In this document: piece by piece, positions 60,106-64,000 of the stretch | Position numbering within the stretch: position 1 is the first letter of the stretch | Layout of the letters: each line of letters begins with the position of its first letter | Assembly: GCA_963745035.1 (NCBI GenBank) | Contig: CAVUVW010000027.1 | Coordinates: 299,743-363,742, forward strand | Reading direction: 5' to 3' | Length of the DNA stretch: 64,000 nt | DNA from: an uncultured delta proteobacterium | GTDB taxonomy: Bacteria > Desulfobacterota > Binatia > UBA9968 | Program-made: the position numbers and the translations under genes | Notes under the pieces: generated by a model | What the model was told of the DNA's origin: nothing | The model's database searches: none | Seen by the model: the letters and a program-made list of their open reading frames with translations, nothing else

Positions 60106-60957
60106 TCAGAACGGCTGGTCCCCTTGTGTCGATGTGCGATGAAGCAAGCGAATGTCGTCCATCGCATAACCGCCGCAGGCCTGGTGATTGACGCTGCGAT
60201 TATCCCACATCACGAAATCGCCCAGGGTCCATTTGTGACGATACACATTGCCAGGCGCCGTTTGGTAAGCAAATAACGTATCGAGCAGCGGCTGCGCCTC
60301 GGCGTCGTCCATGTCCTGTATGCCGACGGTAAAACGCGGCGAGACATAAAGACCCTTGCGACCCGATACCGGATGGGTGCGGACAATCGGATGGAGCACA
60401 TTCTTCATGGCCTGCCTTTGATAATATTCCTCGCCACCCTCTCGGGTCACCGCGACGCGCGGATTGCCCAGCTTGCTGCGCTGGTGGATACCCATGCGCC
60501 CCTCGATGCGTTTTTTGATGTCATCGGGCAGGCTTTCATAGGCGCCATGCATATTGGCGAATTCCGTATCGCCGCCGTGCTTGGGCAGCTTATGGGCATA
60601 GAGGAAAGTCGCGAGCGAAGTTTCTCGTCTGTAGGACTGGTCCGAATGCCAGAAATCGCCGGCCGCGACGACGCCAATGAATTTGCCGTCGACCTTCTCA
60701 TTGGAAAGGATGGCGACTTCCGGAAAGCCCGGCACCCGCTGATCCTCGTCATACAGCATTTCGAGCGGGCCAAACCTCCGGCTGAAGGCAACTTGATGTT
60801 GCGGCTCGATATGTTGATCGCGAAAAACCAGGACCTGCTTCTTCACGAAGACATCGACAATCTCATCGAAGAAACTCTGATCGATGTCTTTTGACAGGTC
60901 CACATTCGTTATTGCTACACCGAACTTGTCCGACAAAGGTTGCATATTCAGCGGCAT
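60106..60957 (-). CDS. TauD/TfdA family Fe(II)/2-oxoglutarate dioxygenase
   Basis: WHSDQSY (HxD), GGDTEFAN, HPIVRTHP, WDNRSVNH, LHRT. Confidence 0.92.
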   Translation of the reverse strand: MPLNMQPLSDKFGVAITNVDLSKDIDQSFFDEIVDVFVKKQVLVFRDQHIEPQHQVAFSRRFGPLEMLYDEDQRVPGFPEVAILSNEKVDGKFIGVVAAGDFWHSDQSYRRETSLATFLYAHKLPKHGGDTEFANMHGAYESLPDDIKKRIEGRMGIHQRSKLGNPRVAVTREGGEEYYQRQAMKNVLHPIVRTHPVSGRKGLYVSPRFTVGIQDMDDAEAQPLLDTLFAYQTAPGNVYRHKWTLGDFVMWDNRSVNHQACGGYAMDDIRLLHRTSTQGDQPF

Positions 60958-61293
60958 CGATTTGGCCTCCTCTGCTTTTCTCTATGGCAAATCGGATACG
61001 GCTTTCAAGCTGCCAATCCGACAGCGCACATGTGACGCCGATACGCGATTGCAGAATACCAGCGTTCGGGAAACGCTCGATCTTTAACAATAAGTGGAAG
61101 TGTTTCGACACAGGACATAGGCACAGAGTGGAAATCGGATCACTGCACGCCTTGCATCCTTACTGCCTGACCCAAAAATGCTCTCTGTTTTTCTAATGAG
61201 CTGAAGCCGTGAATCCTTGGCAGATCAACTCGACGACAAAGCATTGAGTCCAACCGGTTGGCTCCCTTAGCGTTATTTCTTCTAAATCGCTCC

Positions 61294-61321
61294 TTGACAG
61301 CTTTCTGCGCCGGGCGATAAT
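61294..61321 (+). promoter_or_regulatory. Putative sigma70 promoter
   Basis: TTGACA-N16-GATAAT upstream of the ABC SBP. Confidence 0.5.
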
Positions 61322-61364
61322 CTCTCGCTCGCCCGCGATCTTAAACCAAATCAGGAGAACACCT

Positions 61365-62681
61365 ATGAAATGGACACGGTTCCCGCTTATTTCTTTGCTG
61401 CTTGCGGCTCTCTCGGCGCCGGCGCTCGGCAAGGAAGTGGTGATCGTCACGTCGTTTCCCAAAGAACTTTTCGAGACCTACAAGAAAACTTTCGAAGCCA
61501 AAAACCCGGGCATCAACGTCGTCATCAACAGCAAGCAAACCAACGCCGGAGTCACTTATTTGCGCGAGACCAAAGCCAGGCCCGAGGCCGATATCTTTTG
61601 GGTCAGCGCGCCGGACGCGTTCCAGACTTTGAAAAACGACGGGCTGCTGGAGAAATACCTGCCGCCTAAAGAAATCATCTCGAAAATTCCGGCGAAAATC
61701 GGCACTTTTCCGATCCACGATCCCGACGGCCACTACTTCGGCTTTGCCGTCAGCGGCTACGGGCTCATGTGGAACAAAAATTATTTGCAAGCCCATAAGC
61801 TGCCGGCGCCGAAAGAATGGACCGACCTCGGCAATCCGAGATATCACAACCATCTCGTGATCAGCGCGCCCTCGCGCAGCGGCACGACCCATCTCACGGT
61901 GGAGGTGATTCTGCAGGCGTACGGATGGGACAAGGGTTGGGCATTGCTGCTCAACTCGGGCGGCAACATGGGAGCGATCACCGAGCGCAGCTTCGGAGTT
62001 CCGGAAGCCGTCGTCAGCGGGCAATACGGCATCGGCGTGGTGATCGACTTTTTCGGCCTGTCGGCGATCGCCAGCGGCCAGCCGGTGGATTTCGTTTATC
62101 CGTCTCTCACTTCGGTCGTTCCGGCGAGCGTGGGCATCGTCAAGGGCGCGCCGAATATGGATAACGCCAAAGGTTTCGTGAACTATCTCCTGAGCGAGCC
62201 GGGACAGATGGTGCTCTTTTCTCCTGAGATCGGCAGGCTGCCGGTTGTTCCCGATCTCTACGCCAAGGGACCGAAGAGCTATCCGAATCCGTTCAAGCAG
62301 AAGCTCGGCGGTGTCGACTTCGATAACGGGCTCTCATCCGGACGCCGCGACGTGGTGAACTCCCTCTACGACCACATCATCACTTTTCGCCATAAAGAGC
62401 TGAGGGATGCCTGGGGCGCGATCTATCGCGCGGAGCAGGCCGTCGCCAAATCGAAGAGCGCCGGTGCGGCGCAGGCGAAAACCCTGCTTGCCGATGCGCG
62501 CAAAGCCGCTTCTCAGGCGCCGATCGACGACAAGAAGGCAAGCGACAAGGACGTCGCCGGGGCGTTCAAGTCGAAGTCCGGTTTGAAGGCTCAACTCGAG
62601 ACCGAATGGGAAAACGCCGCGCGCGCCAACTATGCCAAGGCGACGGAGCTCGCGAACAAAGCGGCCGGACAGGCGCGCTAA
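61365..62681 (+). CDS. ABC substrate-binding protein (AfuA/PgtC-like)
   Basis: Signal peptide; VVIVTSFP, DIFWVSAPDAF, GFAVSGYGLMWN, SAPSRSGTTHLTVEVILQ, ERSFGVP, IVIDFFG-like motif. Confidence 0.87.
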   Translation: MKWTRFPLISLLLAALSAPALGKEVVIVTSFPKELFETYKKTFEAKNPGINVVINSKQTNAGVTYLRETKARPEADIFWVSAPDAFQTLKNDGLLEKYLPPKEIISKIPAKIGTFPIHDPDGHYFGFAVSGYGLMWNKNYLQAHKLPAPKEWTDLGNPRYHNHLVISAPSRSGTTHLTVEVILQAYGWDKGWALLLNSGGNMGAITERSFGVPEAVVSGQYGIGVVIDFFGLSAIASGQPVDFVYPSLTSVVPASVGIVKGAPNMDNAKGFVNYLLSEPGQMVLFSPEIGRLPVVPDLYAKGPKSYPNPFKQKLGGVDFDNGLSSGRRDVVNSLYDHIITFRHKELRDAWGAIYRAEQAVAKSKSAGAAQAKTLLADARKAASQAPIDDKKASDKDVAGAFKSKSGLKAQLETEWENAARANYAKATELANKAAGQAR

Positions 62682-62766
62682 CGAGGTTAGCCGCTCCCGT
62701 CGCTTTTTCTGGTATAGCCGCCATCGACGAAAATCGGATTCCTGAATCATGCCTGTCTCGAGAGTT

Positions 62767-62802
62767 CCCTCTCCCCTTGCGGAAGAGGGCCACGGTGAGG
62801 GG
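62767..62802. repeat. CCCTCTCCC-GAGGG-GGTGAGGG palindromic repeat
   Basis: CCCTCTCCCCTTGCGGAAGAGGGCCACGGTGAGGGG. Confidence 0.68.
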
Positions 62803-62900
62803 TCGCGGTCGATCGGCTTCAACTCAATCCCGTCCACGGAGAGCAAGTTAACCTATTTACTGCCGTTAATAGTTGAATCGATGGGAGATGAAGGTTAGCC

Positions 62901-64000
62901 ATGGCCAAGACTGAAACCGTGCCGGTTTTCGTCCCGGGCATCGGTGTGGATTGGCGCCAGGCGGCGATCGTGACATCCTGCTGGGTCTCCTGGCGGTTTT
63001 CATCCTCCTGCCGATCGCGCGAGTGCTGTGGGTCTCGCTCTCGGACGGCGAAGGCGGCGTCACTTTGGTTCACTTCGCCAATTTCTTTCGCCGCCCGCTT
63101 TTTCGTGAATCGCTCTGGAACAGTCTTGTCGCCGGCGTGCTCGTCGTTTTTTTTGGCAGCCTGATCGCCGTGCCGCTGGCGTATTTGAGCGTCCGCTACG
63201 ATTTTAAAGGCAAGATCCTGGTCAACGCCTTGGCGACTTTGCCGCTGGTGATCCCGCCGTTCGTCGGCGCCGTTGCGTTGCAGCTCATCCTCGGCCGCAG
63301 CGGCGCGGTCAACCTGCTGCTGATGCGCTGGTTCGATACCAGCATTCCTTTCATGAAAGGGTTTACCGGCGTCGTGCTCGTTCAGACCCTGCACTTCTTT
63401 CCGTTCATCATGCTCAACACCGCGGTGTCGTTGTCCAATATCGACCCGTCGCTGGAGGAAGTGGCGCAGAACATGGGCAGCCACGGCCTGCGCCTGTTCC
63501 GCCGCATCACTTTGCCGCTGATGCTGCCGGGCTTCATCGCCGGCTGCCTGCTCACGTTCATCCGCGCCGTCGACGATCTCGGCACCCCGCTCATGCTCAA
63601 TTACAAAAATCTCCTCGCGCCGCAGGCGTATCTCCGTATCACCACCATCGGCGTCGACGACGTCGACGGCTACGTGATCTGCGTTATTCTGGTGGTGATT
63701 TCTTTGGGATCGCTTCTGCTCGCGCGCAAATACCTGAGCCTCTCCGAGTACGCCACGGTGCATCAGGGCGCTGCGGTGGCGCGGCCGGTTGCGGGCATGA
63801 AGCGCGTAGCCATCCTGTCGTTTTGCGCGCTGGTCTTGGGCGTGAGCCTGCTGCCCCACATCGGCATCGTCATTCTGTCTTTCGCCAAGGTGTGGAGTTT
63901 CTCACTCTTGCCGACGGCGTATACCCTGGATAATTTCACGGAAATTCTGTTCCGCGCGCCGCACTTCGTGAAAAATACCCTGCTCTACACCGGCATCGCC
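62901..64000 (+). CDS. Iron-type ABC permease (FbpB-like); frameshift near 62975, runs off the window
   Basis: LPLVIPPFVGA..LGRSG, QTLHFFPFI, NIDPSLEEVAQNMG, RITLPLMLPG, DDLGTPL. Confidence 0.85.

Overview
GC-rich bacterial chromosome segment. The gene content (housekeeping block plus many orphan NMT1/iron-type substrate-binding proteins, MFS, VOC and amidohydrolase genes) suggests a Deltaproteobacteria-like lineage such as Ca. Binatia; this is inference. 1-16.7 kb is a housekeeping block: AmiE-like serine hydrolase, mpl, folK, dapL-type aminotransferase, NYN RNase, tRNA-fMet, Nudix, aspC, coaD, rsmD, iscA/erpA, ftsY, smc, HNH, rng. 16.7-64 kb is accessory catabolic and transport DNA: three ABC systems, five MFS genes, a rhodanese / thiol-dioxygenase pair, non-canonical DapA- and AMDase-family proteins, and two TA loci. 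It also carries several families of short intergenic palindromic or tandem repeats and a number of gene shards. More than a dozen genes, including smc, carry single-base frameshifts that are most likely long-read consensus errors. The best candidate for something undescribed is a stand-alone, highly structured ~400-nt non-coding unit at ~48.09-48.50 kb, bounded by a perfect -35 box and an intrinsic terminator, which I cannot assign to a known RNA class. Other notable items are tandem NrdR-like boxes upstream of smc, a higB toxin deleted exactly at a nonamer repeat, an ECF42-type promoter, and an unannotated 48-aa membrane ORF.
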